64,000 nt of DNA from Candidatus Collierbacteria bacterium (GTDB taxonomy: Bacteria > Patescibacteriota > Microgenomatia > UBA1400 > JACPES01), in NCBI GenBank assembly GCA_016183365.1, contig JACPES010000003.1:169467-233466 (forward strand), read 5' to 3'. The first letter of the stretch is position 1; each line of letters begins with the position of its first letter. The position numbers and the translations under genes are program-made. The notes under the pieces were generated by a model. The model had not been told where the DNA came from. It saw only the letters and a list, made by a program, of their open reading frames with translations, and did no database searches. Of this stretch, positions 36,368 to 46,005 are shown one piece after another.

Positions 36368-36410
36368 CCTGCAAACAGCTTGCGCTCTCGCAGGGGGGTT
36401 TAGTAACTCT
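36368..36410 (+). terminator. Hairpin cccctgc...gcagggg with a flanking T-rich run. It may be a terminator for the glycosylation cluster.
   Basis: A 7 bp GC stem with a 17 nt loop; T-runs on both sides. Confidence 0.3.
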
Positions 36411-36607
36411 TTATTCTATAGAGCATTTGTATAAAAGTCAAATACAGAGACGGTTGGATAAACCAGTACCAGATGGTACGTTCTTCTGAAGGGCGCGGAA
36501 TCTATAGATTCCAGCTCGAGGTTGGAATGACATCGAGATGGAGTTATTTAGCGCTTTTAAGTTATGGTTGGCATAGTCGGATTGCCAATGCTACAATAAA
36601 TACTCTT

Positions 36608-37897
36608 ATGACCAGAAAAATTTTGCGTTATATTTTTAGATTGTGGAGCAATAAAGAGTTGAGGAAAAAGATTCTTTTTACCGCCGGGATGATTTTTGTT
36701 TTCCGGTTCGTGGCCCATATTCCTTCTCCCGGGGTTGATCAAACCAAGTTGAAAGAACTATTTGCCTCGTCCCAGCTTTTAGGCTTATTGGACGTTTTTT
36801 CCGGCGGAACACTGTCTAATTTTTCGGTTATGGCTTTGGGAGTCAATCCTTACATTAACGCTTCAATTATCCTGCAGATGTTGACCATCGTGATTCCGCC
36901 TTTGGAGGCTTTGTCGAAAGAAGGCGAGTACGGCCGGGAAAAAATTAACCAATACACCCGGCTTTTGACACTTCCACTGGCGGTAGTTCAGGCGATTGGG
37001 ATTTTAGTGTTTTTACGCTCTAAAGAAATTTTGGCAGTTTCCAATCCGGCGGCGGTTTTATCCATGGTTTTGACAATGACCGCCGGAACCATGCTTTTAC
37101 TATGGCTAGGCGAACTGATTACCGAATACGGGCTGGGAAACGGGGTATCGTTGATAATTTTTGCCGGTATTGTCGGCAGATTGCCGGTGTCGCTCATTCA
37201 AACTTTTTCCATAGCCGATACGGTTAGTCTGCAAAATATTTTTATTTTTACAGGTTTGGCTTTGGGCGTGATTGCCGGAGTGGTCATGATTAATGAGGCG
37301 GTCAGAAAAGTAACCGTTAATTATGCTCGCCGGGCCCGGGGAAGCTCTTTGGTTGGCGGCCAATCGACTCATTTGCCTTTAAAAGTTAATCAGGCCGGAG
37401 TAATTCCGATAATTTTTGCGGTTTCCATCGTGCTTGTGCCGAGTATGGCCGGTAATTTATTGGCAGCCGTCCCCAATCCGATCGTGTCTCAAGTTGCCCG
37501 GAACCTATCAGCGGCGTTTGTGCCGGAGTCTTTAGCTTATACCCTGACATATTTCTTTTTAGTCTTGGGATTTACGTATTTTTATACGGCAGTTATTTTT
37601 GATCCCGTTAAAATCGCCGATGAGGTCAAAAAACACGGCGGGTTTGTTCCCGGCATTCGTCCCGGAAAATCAACTGCGGATTATTTATCATACATAATCA
37701 CTAGGATTACATTGGCAGGAGCGTTGTTTTTAGGTATAATCGCCATTTTGCCGAATCTGGCTCAGAAATTATCAGGGGTGGCAACGCTGTCCATCGGCGG
37801 CACCGGAATATTGATTGTAGTTTCGGTAATTTTAGAAACAGTTAACCAGATTGAGGCGATGATGGTAACCAGGAGTTATGACAAGTTTTTGGAGTAG
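36608..37897 (+). CDS. secY: Preprotein translocase SecY.
   Basis: [44 protein letters not shown], polytopic. The ORF track extends upstream to 36473. Confidence 0.9.
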   Translation: MTRKILRYIFRLWSNKELRKKILFTAGMIFVFRFVAHIPSPGVDQTKLKELFASSQLLGLLDVFSGGTLSNFSVMALGVNPYINASIILQMLTIVIPPLEALSKEGEYGREKINQYTRLLTLPLAVVQAIGILVFLRSKEILAVSNPAAVLSMVLTMTAGTMLLLWLGELITEYGLGNGVSLIIFAGIVGRLPVSLIQTFSIADTVSLQNIFIFTGLALGVIAGVVMINEAVRKVTVNYARRARGSSLVGGQSTHLPLKVNQAGVIPIIFAVSIVLVPSMAGNLLAAVPNPIVSQVARNLSAAFVPESLAYTLTYFFLVLGFTYFYTAVIFDPVKIADEVKKHGGFVPGIRPGKSTADYLSYIITRITLAGALFLGIIAILPNLAQKLSGVATLSIGGTGILIVVSVILETVNQIEAMMVTRSYDKFLE

Positions 37898-37909
37898 ATT
37901 AAAAAATAT

Positions 37910-38485
37910 ATGAATGTTTTATTGTACGGAATTCAAGGTTCGGGAAAATCAACCCAGGGTAAATTATTGGCCCGGCATTTGCATTTGCCATATTTATCTA
38001 CCGGCCACATTTTTAGGGATATGGCTAAAGAGGGGAGCCGTGAGGGAAGATATATTAAAGAAACTTTGGCCGCGGGGCTATTGGTTCCGGATGAAATCAC
38101 CATTCCGATTGTCGAAAAATACTTAAGCAGAATTGAATATAAAAAGGGTTGGATTTTAGACGGTTTTCCACGGACTATATCTCAAGCGGAAAAATTTAAA
38201 ACTAAAATTGACGTGGCTTTTTATTTATTGGTGTCCGATAAAGAAGCCTTGTGGCGGTTATCTTTCCGGATGGGACCCAAGGGGGAAATCCGCGAAGACG
38301 AAACTTTAATGGCTATCAGAAAAAGGATAGATTTATTTCATAAAGTTACAGAGCCAGTGCTGGAATATTACCGCAAGCGCGACCTATTGGTTGAAATCAG
38401 CGGCGAAAAGAAGATAGAAGAAATCTGCGAAGATCTTATAGGTAAAATCAGATGGTACCAAAAAGGCAATGGAAATAAGGGATGA
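37910..38485 (+). CDS. adk: Adenylate kinase (short form).
   Basis: GIQGSGKSTQGKLLA P-loop and the domain order of adenylate kinase. Confidence 0.85.
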   Translation: MNVLLYGIQGSGKSTQGKLLARHLHLPYLSTGHIFRDMAKEGSREGRYIKETLAAGLLVPDEITIPIVEKYLSRIEYKKGWILDGFPRTISQAEKFKTKIDVAFYLLVSDKEALWRLSFRMGPKGEIREDETLMAIRKRIDLFHKVTEPVLEYYRKRDLLVEISGEKKIEEICEDLIGKIRWYQKGNGNKG

Positions 38486-39191
38486 TTCCTTTTATAAAGG
38501 CGGAGGTATTTTAGGGAATATCAGGCGACAATTAATCGGAATGGTGAAACCCGGTTTGGACCTGTTCGAAATTGAGACTTCGGCCAGAAAACTAATCGCA
38601 TCTGCCGGGGCAATTCCTAATTTTGCCTTTGTGGACAAGTACGGATTTGCTACATGTTTGATGGTGAATGATGAAGTAGTCCATTGCCGCCCGCGGCACT
38701 ATCGGATAGCCGAGGGAGATTTGGTGACTGTGGACGTCGGACTGGAATGGCATGGTTGGCAATTAGATACAGCTGATTCTATCCTCGCCGGCCGGCCGGA
38801 TGACAAATTTATCCTCGCCGGCCGGCAGGCTTTAAAAAAGGCGATTATGGCCGCCAAATCAGGGAACAGGATAGGCCATATATCTCGGATTATCCAGGAA
38901 ATTCTAAAAAAAAACGGTTTCTCTCCGGTCAGACAGTATTGCGGTCATGGTATCGGGAGGCAAATTCACGAAGATCCGCAAATTCCCTGTTTTTTGGGAG
39001 ATCCTATCGCTAAAACGCCCTTGATTAAAGCCGGAATGGCGTTGGCGGTGGAAGTGATGATGAATGAGGGCGGCTATAAAGTGGTTTTGGATAAAGACGG
39101 ATGGAGGGCTAGAACTGCCGACGGCTCCCGTTCGGCCCAGTTTGAACATTCGATATTAGTCACAGATAGGGGCCCAAAAATTTTGACATAG
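38469..39191 (+). CDS. map: Methionine aminopeptidase type I.
   Basis: The C-terminal FEHSILVTDRGPKILT shows the pita-bread fold metal-ligand pattern. Confidence 0.8.
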   Translation: MEIRDDSFYKGGGILGNIRRQLIGMVKPGLDLFEIETSARKLIASAGAIPNFAFVDKYGFATCLMVNDEVVHCRPRHYRIAEGDLVTVDVGLEWHGWQLDTADSILAGRPDDKFILAGRQALKKAIMAAKSGNRIGHISRIIQEILKKNGFSPVRQYCGHGIGRQIHEDPQIPCFLGDPIAKTPLIKAGMALAVEVMMNEGGYKVVLDKDGWRARTADGSRSAQFEHSILVTDRGPKILT

Positions 39192-39251
39192 CCACCCAAC
39201 AATTTTTCAGGTTGTGTCTGGCGGATGGTTCTGGTAAAATACTCCTCGTTC

Positions 39252-39491
39252 ATGCCTGGTCAGAATTTAATCATAGGCGAAGGGGAAATCATTGAATCTT
39301 TACCGAATACTCTTTTCCGCGTTAAGATCGACGATAATGTTGTGGAGGAGATAAGAGGAAAGACAATCCTGTGCACCCTTTCAGGTAAAATGCGGATGTA
39401 TCGGATTTCGGTTATGCCGGGCGACCGGGTAAGAATCGAAGTCAGCCCGTATGACTTGAACAGAGGCAGAATTACATATAGACAGAAGTGA
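39252..39491 (+). CDS. infA: Translation initiation factor IF-1.
   Basis: [19 protein letters not shown]...[33 protein letters not shown]. Confidence 0.85.
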   Translation: MPGQNLIIGEGEIIESLPNTLFRVKIDDNVVEEIRGKTILCTLSGKMRMYRISVMPGDRVRIEVSPYDLNRGRITYRQK

Positions 39492-39609
39492 AAAATGAGA
39501 AGCTGGATTATAAAGTGCGATATGCGAAGTGAGATTCAAATATTCACACTTCACATCTTAATATCCAGCCTCCCACTTTGCGCTTCCCATATCTAGATTT
39601 AGGATTATC

Positions 39610-39726
39610 ATGAAAGTACAATCGTCTATTAAAAAACGCTGTGATAACTGTATAACCGTCCGCCGCCGCGGCGTGCTTTACATTATTTGTAAATCTAATC
39701 CGCGCCATAAGCAAAGACAAGGATAG
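39610..39726 (+). CDS. rpmJ: 50S ribosomal protein L36.
   Basis: [38 protein letters not shown]. Confidence 0.85.
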   Translation: MKVQSSIKKRCDNCITVRRRGVLYIICKSNPRHKQRQG

Positions 39727-39734
39727 GAGGAAAA

Positions 39735-39832
39735 ATACTAAAATACTGAATACTAAATTCTGAATGATAACAATAATCCACGCACTGCGCGTGGCATTCA
39801 GTATTCGGCATTCAGAATTAGGTATTGCATTT
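39735..39832 (+). promoter_or_regulatory. Structured leader upstream of rpsM: paired CTGAAT / ATTCAG repeats flanking a ccacgc-actgc-gcgtgg hairpin.
   Basis: Read directly. The arrangement could support nested or pseudoknot pairing. Confidence 0.4.
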
Positions 39833-39833
39833 C

Positions 39834-40247
39834 ATGCCAAGAATTTCAGGAGTCGATATTCCGGAAAATAAACGAGTCGAAGCCGGTCTAAGATATCTTT
39901 ATGGCATAGGTCAATATAATTCAACTGAAGTTTTACACAAAGCTGAAGTTAATCCTGATAAAAGGGCCAAAGACTTGACAGCAGATGAGATTTCCAGAAT
40001 CGCTAAAGGTTTAGAAGGAATATTGGTTGAAGGGGAATTAAGAAAACAAATCCGAGATAATGTTGAAAGATTAAAAAGGATTGGTTCCTATCGTGGACAT
40101 CGTCATGCTGTTGGATTACCCGTCAGGGGCCAGCGAACCAGGACCAACGCCAGGACTAAAAGAGGCAAGAGAATGACTGTCGGAGCTTTGAAGAAAGAAG
40201 AAGCGGCTAAACAGGAACAAAAGCCTCAAGAGCCGGAAAAGAAATAA
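39834..40247 (+). CDS. rpsM: 30S ribosomal protein S13.
   Basis: MPRISGVDIPENKRVEAGLRYLYGIG. Confidence 0.9.
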   Translation: MPRISGVDIPENKRVEAGLRYLYGIGQYNSTEVLHKAEVNPDKRAKDLTADEISRIAKGLEGILVEGELRKQIRDNVERLKRIGSYRGHRHAVGLPVRGQRTRTNARTKRGKRMTVGALKKEEAAKQEQKPQEPEKK

Positions 40248-40253
40248 TTTATT

Positions 40254-40655
40254 ATGCCGAAAAAGCAAATTAAAAAAACCAATCCAAGGCCAGCCTCTAA
40301 AGTTGCAGCTAGCGGCAAGGGACGAGTATATATTACGGCAACTCTCAACAATACTCTAGTCACGGTTACCAATGAAGACGGTAACACTTTGTGTTGGAGT
40401 TCGACCGGAACTGTTGGTTTTAAGGGTAGCCGTAAATCTACTCCATATGCCAGTACTATGGCGCTGGAGGCGGTTTTTAAAAAAGCCCAAACATTAGGAA
40501 TCAGGCAGGTTGAGGTATTTTTGAAAGGCCCGGGATCAGGCAGAGATGCAGCCCTAAGGGCGTTTCGGGCCTCTCCGTTTAAAGTTATTCAGATTGCCGA
40601 CGTCACGCCGCTGCCGCATAACGGCACCAGAAAACCTAAAGTGAGGAGAGGCTAA
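40254..40655 (+). CDS. rpsK: 30S ribosomal protein S11.
   Basis: GRVYITATLNNTLVTVTNEDGNTLCWSSTG. Confidence 0.9.
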   Translation: MPKKQIKKTNPRPASKVAASGKGRVYITATLNNTLVTVTNEDGNTLCWSSTGTVGFKGSRKSTPYASTMALEAVFKKAQTLGIRQVEVFLKGPGSGRDAALRAFRASPFKVIQIADVTPLPHNGTRKPKVRRG

Positions 40656-40660
40656 GAGAT

Positions 40661-41269
40661 ATGTCAAGATATATCGGACCAAAACTAAGATTGGCCAGAC
40701 GTTTGGGACAGGACTTGGGTCATAAGCAGAATATTCAAAAAGTGGCCAAACGATTGTCTGTCTTACCCGGTCAGCATGGCCGGCATGGGGCTAAACGCCT
40801 GTCGGAATACGGCGTTCAGTTGAAGGAAAAACAAAAAGTCAGATTCAGTTACTTCGTTACGGAAAAACAACTTAAGAAATATTTTGTAGAGGCTCTTAGC
40901 AATAAAAGCGCGACAGGAGAGGAATTATTGCGTCTGTTGGAGCGACGTTTAGATAATGTCGTATATAGATTGGGTTTGGCCCCGACCAGGCCTTTTGCCA
41001 GACAATTGGTAACTCATGGTCACATTAAGGTCAGCGGAAAAAAAATTGATATTCCATCGTATCGCATAAACCTTGAAGATGTGGTATCATTATCGGATAA
41101 AGCGGTCAATATCCCTGATATCAAAGCTAAAATTGCCGATAAGAGCTATATATCTCCGCCATGGATGCAAAAAACCGCCGCAGTTGGTAAAATAAAAAGC
41201 TTGCCGGAAAGGTCCGAGATTGATATGGCTGTGGACGAACAGCTGATAGTTGAATTTTATTCGCGATAA
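40661..41269 (+). CDS. rpsD: 30S ribosomal protein S4.
   Basis: MSRYIGPKLRLARRLG and an S4 RNA-binding domain. Confidence 0.9.
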   Translation: MSRYIGPKLRLARRLGQDLGHKQNIQKVAKRLSVLPGQHGRHGAKRLSEYGVQLKEKQKVRFSYFVTEKQLKKYFVEALSNKSATGEELLRLLERRLDNVVYRLGLAPTRPFARQLVTHGHIKVSGKKIDIPSYRINLEDVVSLSDKAVNIPDIKAKIADKSYISPPWMQKTAAVGKIKSLPERSEIDMAVDEQLIVEFYSR

Positions 41270-41281
41270 TAATTAAATAAG

Positions 41282-42196
41282 ATGTCAGATCAACCTTTTC
41301 ATATTACAGTTAAAGAGGGTGTTCATCCCAATGAGAACCTAATCACTTTTGAGCCTTTGCGCCAGGGATTTGGGCATACTTTAGGGGTGGCTTTGCGCCG
41401 GGTGATGTTGTCGGGATTGGCCGGGGCGGCGGTAACTAAGGTAAAGATAAAAGGGGCTACCCATCAATTTACCACTCTTAAAGGGATGAACGAAGATATA
41501 GTCGAGCTGATTTTGAATATCAAACAACTGAAACTGGCTTATACCGGAGACAAACCGGAGGTATTGCATCTTCAAATTAGCGGCGACAAAGAGATTAAAG
41601 CCGGTGATTTAGAGTATCCGGCGACAATAAAGATTGCTAACCCGGGTTTAATTTTGGCCAGTTTGACTGATAAAAAATCCAAGTTGTCGGCGGAATTAAC
41701 CGTCGAAACCGGCACCGGTTATTTGTCAGCGGAAGAACAGGGCAAACAAAAATTAGGAGTAATTCCGGTTGACGCCAGTTTTTCGCCGGTGTCTAATGTT
41801 TTCTACAAAATCGAATCTACCCGGGTTGGCCGCCGGACCGACTATGATAAATTAATTATGACAGTCAAAACCGACGGGACGATTTCACCGAAAGAAGCCG
41901 TGGTTAAAGCCGCTAAAATTTTGGTTGAAAATTTTCAGCAAGTAGTTTCTCCTATTGTTGATGGAGAAACCGCCGAATCCGGCAATGCCATTGGTTCAAG
42001 TACTATTTTAAAGCTTACCGTAGAAGAATTGGGATTGCCGACCAGAATCGCCAACGCTTTGTTGAAAGCCGGATACAAAACCATCGGTGATATCGTGAGC
42101 GCCGATAAAGAAGTCATCGCTAAAGTAAAGAATATCGGGGCCAAATCCGTATCCAACATTTACGTTAAGATAAGGGAGAAGGGGGTCCCGGTATAA
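41282..42196 (+). CDS. rpoA: DNA-directed RNA polymerase alpha subunit.
   Basis: An N-terminal dimerisation domain and a C-terminal HhH (TVEELGLPTRIANALLKAGYKTIGDI). Confidence 0.85.
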   Translation: MSDQPFHITVKEGVHPNENLITFEPLRQGFGHTLGVALRRVMLSGLAGAAVTKVKIKGATHQFTTLKGMNEDIVELILNIKQLKLAYTGDKPEVLHLQISGDKEIKAGDLEYPATIKIANPGLILASLTDKKSKLSAELTVETGTGYLSAEEQGKQKLGVIPVDASFSPVSNVFYKIESTRVGRRTDYDKLIMTVKTDGTISPKEAVVKAAKILVENFQQVVSPIVDGETAESGNAIGSSTILKLTVEELGLPTRIANALLKAGYKTIGDIVSADKEVIAKVKNIGAKSVSNIYVKIREKGVPV

Positions 42197-42208
42197 ACGT
42201 GATGAAGT

Positions 42209-42580
42209 ATGCGGCATCGAGTCTTTGGTCGGAAATTGAATCGGGATGTTAATCAACGAAAAGCTCTGCTAAGATCGCTTTTAAGCTCTTTTATTGCCCA
42301 TGGCAAGATTTCTACAACCAAGGCTAAAGCTAAGTTTTTCCAACCGGTGGTGGAAAAATTAATTGCCGGTTTGATTAAGAAAAACGATTTAAGCGCCATA
42401 AAACGGGCGCAGTCTCAACTGCAAAATCCGATATTAGTCAAGAAGTTGGGCGATAAGGCCAAAGAATTTTCAGACAGGGACGGGGGTTATACGTCTATAA
42501 AAGATATCGATATTCGCCGGGGTGATAAGGCTAGAATGGTTCAGATCGCGTGGACAACCAATGAAAAGAACGGAAACTAA
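42209..42580 (+). CDS. rplQ: 50S ribosomal protein L17.
   Basis: MRHRVFGRKLNRDVNQRKALLRSL. Confidence 0.85.
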   Translation: MRHRVFGRKLNRDVNQRKALLRSLLSSFIAHGKISTTKAKAKFFQPVVEKLIAGLIKKNDLSAIKRAQSQLQNPILVKKLGDKAKEFSDRDGGYTSIKDIDIRRGDKARMVQIAWTTNEKNGN

Positions 42581-42986
42581 ACAACTACCAATATTGGAAA
42601 AGGACAGAAAATGGCATTTGATCGATCTGTCAGGTCAAATTTTGGGCCGGGCGGTGACAGGGATAGCAGGTTTATTAATCGGTAAGACTAAAATAGTATA
42701 TGCTCCGCATACAGACTGCGGCGATTACGTAGTAGCTATAAATGCCGGTAAAATCAAAGTAACCGGGCAGAAATTGCAGAATAAAAAGTTTTACCATCAT
42801 ACCGGTTACCCCAGCGGCTTAAGGCAAATAAACTTGGGTGAAGTAATGGAGTCTGATCCGACCAAAGTGATAAGATTGGCAGTTTTAGGGATGTTGCCTA
42901 AGGATAAGCTCCGTAATCAGAGGATAAAAAGATTAAAGGTGTTTGCCGACCAGAACCATATTTATTCAGAAAAGTTTAAATCTTAA
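42561..42986 (+). CDS. rplM: 50S ribosomal protein L13.
   Basis: WHLIDLSGQILGRAVTGIAGLL. Confidence 0.85.
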   Translation: MKRTETKQLPILEKDRKWHLIDLSGQILGRAVTGIAGLLIGKTKIVYAPHTDCGDYVVAINAGKIKVTGQKLQNKKFYHHTGYPSGLRQINLGEVMESDPTKVIRLAVLGMLPKDKLRNQRIKRLKVFADQNHIYSEKFKS

Positions 42987-42989
42987 ATT

Positions 42990-43397
42990 ATGCCAACAAA
43001 TAAATATTATTATGCTATCGGCCGGAGAAAAACCGCGACGGTGATTATTAAAATGTTTAAGGGGAAACAGGAAGAACAGCAGATAACCGTTAACGGTCTT
43101 CCGATTAATGTTTATTGGCCATCCGCAACCGCTAAAACAGTCTATCAGGAGCCCTTTAAAACGACCAATACTTTAAGTAGGTTTACCGCTACGGCTACGG
43201 CTAAGGGTTCCGGCAAAAACGGTCAATTGGGGGCTTTTGTGTTGGCGGCCGCCAGAGCCTTGGAAAAATTTGATCCCAAATTAAGATCGGTTTTGAAAAA
43301 GCGGGGACTTTTAACCCGTGATCAGCGCCAGAAGGAAAGACGGAAACCCGGCTTGGCCCACAAAGCAAGGGCTAAGAAACAATCTCCAAAGCGATAA
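42990..43397 (+). CDS. rpsI: 30S ribosomal protein S9.
   Basis: YYAIGRRKTATVII...; the C-terminus ends GLAHKARAKKQSPKR. Confidence 0.9.
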   Translation: MPTNKYYYAIGRRKTATVIIKMFKGKQEEQQITVNGLPINVYWPSATAKTVYQEPFKTTNTLSRFTATATAKGSGKNGQLGAFVLAAARALEKFDPKLRSVLKKRGLLTRDQRQKERRKPGLAHKARAKKQSPKR

Positions 43398-43530
43398 AGA
43401 AATCCTTAAGTACTTTGGTAGCGTGAATTTGAATTTACGTCTGTCGCCGCCCCGTAGTTGCGCTTTTGGTTTGCGTGCACGTAGAGCACGAAACCAAATA
43501 AGCGTACTACGGGGCGAGGGCTAAGAAACA
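43398..43530. repeat. Hairpin-containing element flanked by imperfect direct repeats of about 30 nt that copy the rpsI 3' end.
   Basis: The left repeat is agggctaagaaacaatctccaaagcgataa and the right is agggctaagaaacagtccccgaaacgttaa. Between them lies the near-perfect hairpin ccccgtagttgcgcttttggtttgcgtgcacgtagagcacgaaaccaaataagcgtactacgggg. Confidence 0.6.
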
Positions 43531-43577
43531 GTCCCCGAAACGTTAAGGTAATCAGTTTTGCCGTCAAAAATAATTTG

Positions 43578-43603
43578 TAAAATGATTTAAATCATTTTAC
43601 AGT
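43578..43603. repeat. Perfect palindrome GTAAAATGATTTAAATCATTTTAC (family copy 3), between the converging rpsI and gltX.
   Basis: Read directly. Confidence 0.75.
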
Positions 43604-44893
43604 TCCAGCCGCAAGTTTTAACCTCTCAATAGTTTCATCTTTACCCAAAACCGCCATCATCTCAAATAGCGGCGGAGTGGCGGTTTTTCCGGAGAGGGCA
43701 ACGCGGATGGTCATAAATAATTCCCTGGGAGTCCAGCCGGTGATTTCCAGCAAATAGTGGCCCGTTGCTTCCAATTCTGCCACCGCCCAAGTACTGCTAT
43801 TTTCATAGGCTTTGATCGTTTGGATTAACGCTTGTTTAATTTCAGAGGGGCTATATTTTGTTTGATTGGTAAGGAGTGACAACTTAATTTCCGGCGTCTT
43901 GAGAAAGAAATCCACCGATCCTTTAAATTCCGATAGCTTTCGCAACCGTTCTTTGACTAAAGGAATAAATTTCCCGACTAATTCTTTGGGGATTTCCGGT
44001 GCAAACTCTTGGCTGATAATATCGGTAAGTTCCTGATTGTCTTTATTCTTGATATATTGGCCATTTAACCAATCCAGCTTTTTAAAATCAAATACCGGGG
44101 CCGAGGTTTTAATTCTTTCTAAACTGATTAATTTGGCGAACTCATCAGCCAGAAAAATATCCTTTTCTTCCGGGTGAGACCATCCCTGCAGGGCTAAAAA
44201 GTTAAGCAAAGCCTCCGGCAAATATCCTTCTTCCCTAAACCATTGCAACGATACCGGATCGCGGCGCTTGCTAAGTTTTTTGTGATCCGCGGCCCGTAAC
44301 ACCGGTAAATGAGCGAAGACGGGCGGTTTTTGGCCTAGGGCTTGGTAAGCAGATAATTGCAGAGGGGTATTACTGATATGCTCTTCGCCGCGGATGACGT
44401 GTGAAATTTTCATATCCAAATCGTCGATGACATTGGCAAAATTATAAGTCGGGTTGGAGTCTGATTTAAGAATGACCCAATCTTTTAACTGGTTGGAATC
44501 AAAACTGATTTTTCCTCTGACCGCGTCTTCCCACTTAAAAACAATATTCGGAAGCATCTTCAGCCATATTGCCCCGTCTTTGGAATAGGCTGTCCCGGAC
44601 TTTACCAATTTATCGGCGGCTTCTTGGTATCTTAACAACCTTTCCGATTGACGGTAAGGGCCAAATGATCCGCCTTTAACCGGGCTTTCATCCGGAGTTA
44701 TATTCAGCCATTTGAGGGCGGAATAAATCGCCTCTTCGGCTTCCAGGACGTGGCGTTTTTGATCGGTGTCTTCCAGCCTTAGAATAAAAACCCCTTGATT
44801 TTTTTTAGCAAAGGCCCAATTAAACAGCGCCATATAGGCAGTTCCGACATGGGCCAAGCCGGTGGGAGAAGGGGCGATCCTGACTCTTACCAT
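43592..44893 (-). CDS. gltX: Glutamyl-tRNA synthetase (short form).
   Basis: MVRVRIAPSPTGLAHVGTAYMALFNWAFAKK (HIGH-region class I motif) and a KLSKR KMSKS-type motif. Confidence 0.85.
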   Translation of the reverse strand: MVRVRIAPSPTGLAHVGTAYMALFNWAFAKKNQGVFILRLEDTDQKRHVLEAEEAIYSALKWLNITPDESPVKGGSFGPYRQSERLLRYQEAADKLVKSGTAYSKDGAIWLKMLPNIVFKWEDAVRGKISFDSNQLKDWVILKSDSNPTYNFANVIDDLDMKISHVIRGEEHISNTPLQLSAYQALGQKPPVFAHLPVLRAADHKKLSKRRDPVSLQWFREEGYLPEALLNFLALQGWSHPEEKDIFLADEFAKLISLERIKTSAPVFDFKKLDWLNGQYIKNKDNQELTDIISQEFAPEIPKELVGKFIPLVKERLRKLSEFKGSVDFFLKTPEIKLSLLTNQTKYSPSEIKQALIQTIKAYENSSTWAVAELEATGHYLLEITGWTPRELFMTIRVALSGKTATPPLFEMMAVLGKDETIERLKLAAGTVK

Positions 44894-44932
44894 GAATTGA
44901 TTGTATCAAGAAAACTCGGTTATACTAGACTA

Positions 44933-45979
44933 ATGGCCAGCTTAACTGAAACTGCTCACTATGCCCGGAAAGCAATCGCGTTTTCGGGTATCGGATTAAT
45001 CTCGATAATCATTTTGCGATTTTCGTGGGGAATACTTTTCCGCTGGTGGATAGCGGCAAATCCGCCCCCGCCCCCGACCCCGACAGTAGCCTTTGGAGTG
45101 CTGTTGGCTCCGGTATTTCCATCTCCGGCCAAGAATTCGATTTCCGCCTATAGGTTAGAAACAGTCAGCGGCGTAACCCCGGATTTTGGGACGCAAGCTA
45201 AAGTGTTTTTCATGCCGTCGTTCAGGGCCAATGTTTTAGGGGCGGAATTGGCGACTAAAATGGCCGGTTCGATGGGGTTTTCCCAGCCTCCGGAAACTAC
45301 CGATGAACAAATTTATGTTTGGAGCCGGGGCGGGACGTTGCCCGGAGAATTGAAAATAAATTTGATTACCGGATTTTTCTCCCTGAATACCGTTTGGCAT
45401 CAAGACGCGGAATTAGTCAAAAGCCGGGCTCCATCTGAACAAGATGCGGTCCGTTTTGCCAAGGAGTTTTTAACCCGATTAAGTTTGTTGCCGCTGGATT
45501 TAGCGGCAGGAAAAACCAGGGTAGAATATTTAAAGGCCGGAGCTGGAATTTTGTTGCCGGCGGTTAGCCAATCGGAAGCCAATTTTGCCCGGGTTCATAT
45601 ATTCAGAGCAGACGTCAATTCGCTGCCGGTGGCGACGGAAAGGCAGGATGAGGCTTTGGCCCAAGTGATAGTTTCCGGCGCTTCCTCGGCCAAGCAGATT
45701 ATCGGGGTGGAATATAAATATTCTCCAATTGCCATAGATAAAAGCGCCACATATCCATTGCGGTCATCTCAAACCGCTTGGCAACAATTACAATCGGGAG
45801 AGGGTGTAATTATCCAGGTAGTGGGAGGAACGGCAGAAGCGGTAGTCCGCAACGTCGAAATGGCTTATTATGATTCCTTCACCCCCCAGGAATTTTTTCA
45901 GCCGGTGTATGTTTTTAAAGGCGATAATGGATTTAAGGCCTACGTGCCGGCTATCGACCCCAAATGGTTGAGTAAGTAG
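44933..45979 (+). CDS. Hypothetical membrane-anchored or secreted protein.
   Basis: An N-terminal TM segment followed by a poly-Pro stretch. I recognise no family. Confidence 0.35.
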   Translation: MASLTETAHYARKAIAFSGIGLISIIILRFSWGILFRWWIAANPPPPPTPTVAFGVLLAPVFPSPAKNSISAYRLETVSGVTPDFGTQAKVFFMPSFRANVLGAELATKMAGSMGFSQPPETTDEQIYVWSRGGTLPGELKINLITGFFSLNTVWHQDAELVKSRAPSEQDAVRFAKEFLTRLSLLPLDLAAGKTRVEYLKAGAGILLPAVSQSEANFARVHIFRADVNSLPVATERQDEALAQVIVSGASSAKQIIGVEYKYSPIAIDKSATYPLRSSQTAWQQLQSGEGVIIQVVGGTAEAVVRNVEMAYYDSFTPQEFFQPVYVFKGDNGFKAYVPAIDPKWLSK

Positions 45980-46005
45980 AATGATTTACGATTAGCGTTT
46001 AGCGG

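Noticed and set aside
36473-36607. A 45-codon in-frame extension upstream of secY in the ORF track.
   Set aside because: Canonical SecY begins at MTRKILRY.... The upstream part lies in repeat and palindrome DNA and has no SecY homology.
43430-43500. Could the GC-rich 65 nt hairpin after rpsI be a tRNA?
   Set aside because: It folds as a single long stem-loop, not a cloverleaf. It has no T-loop GTTCRA motif and no anticodon arm.
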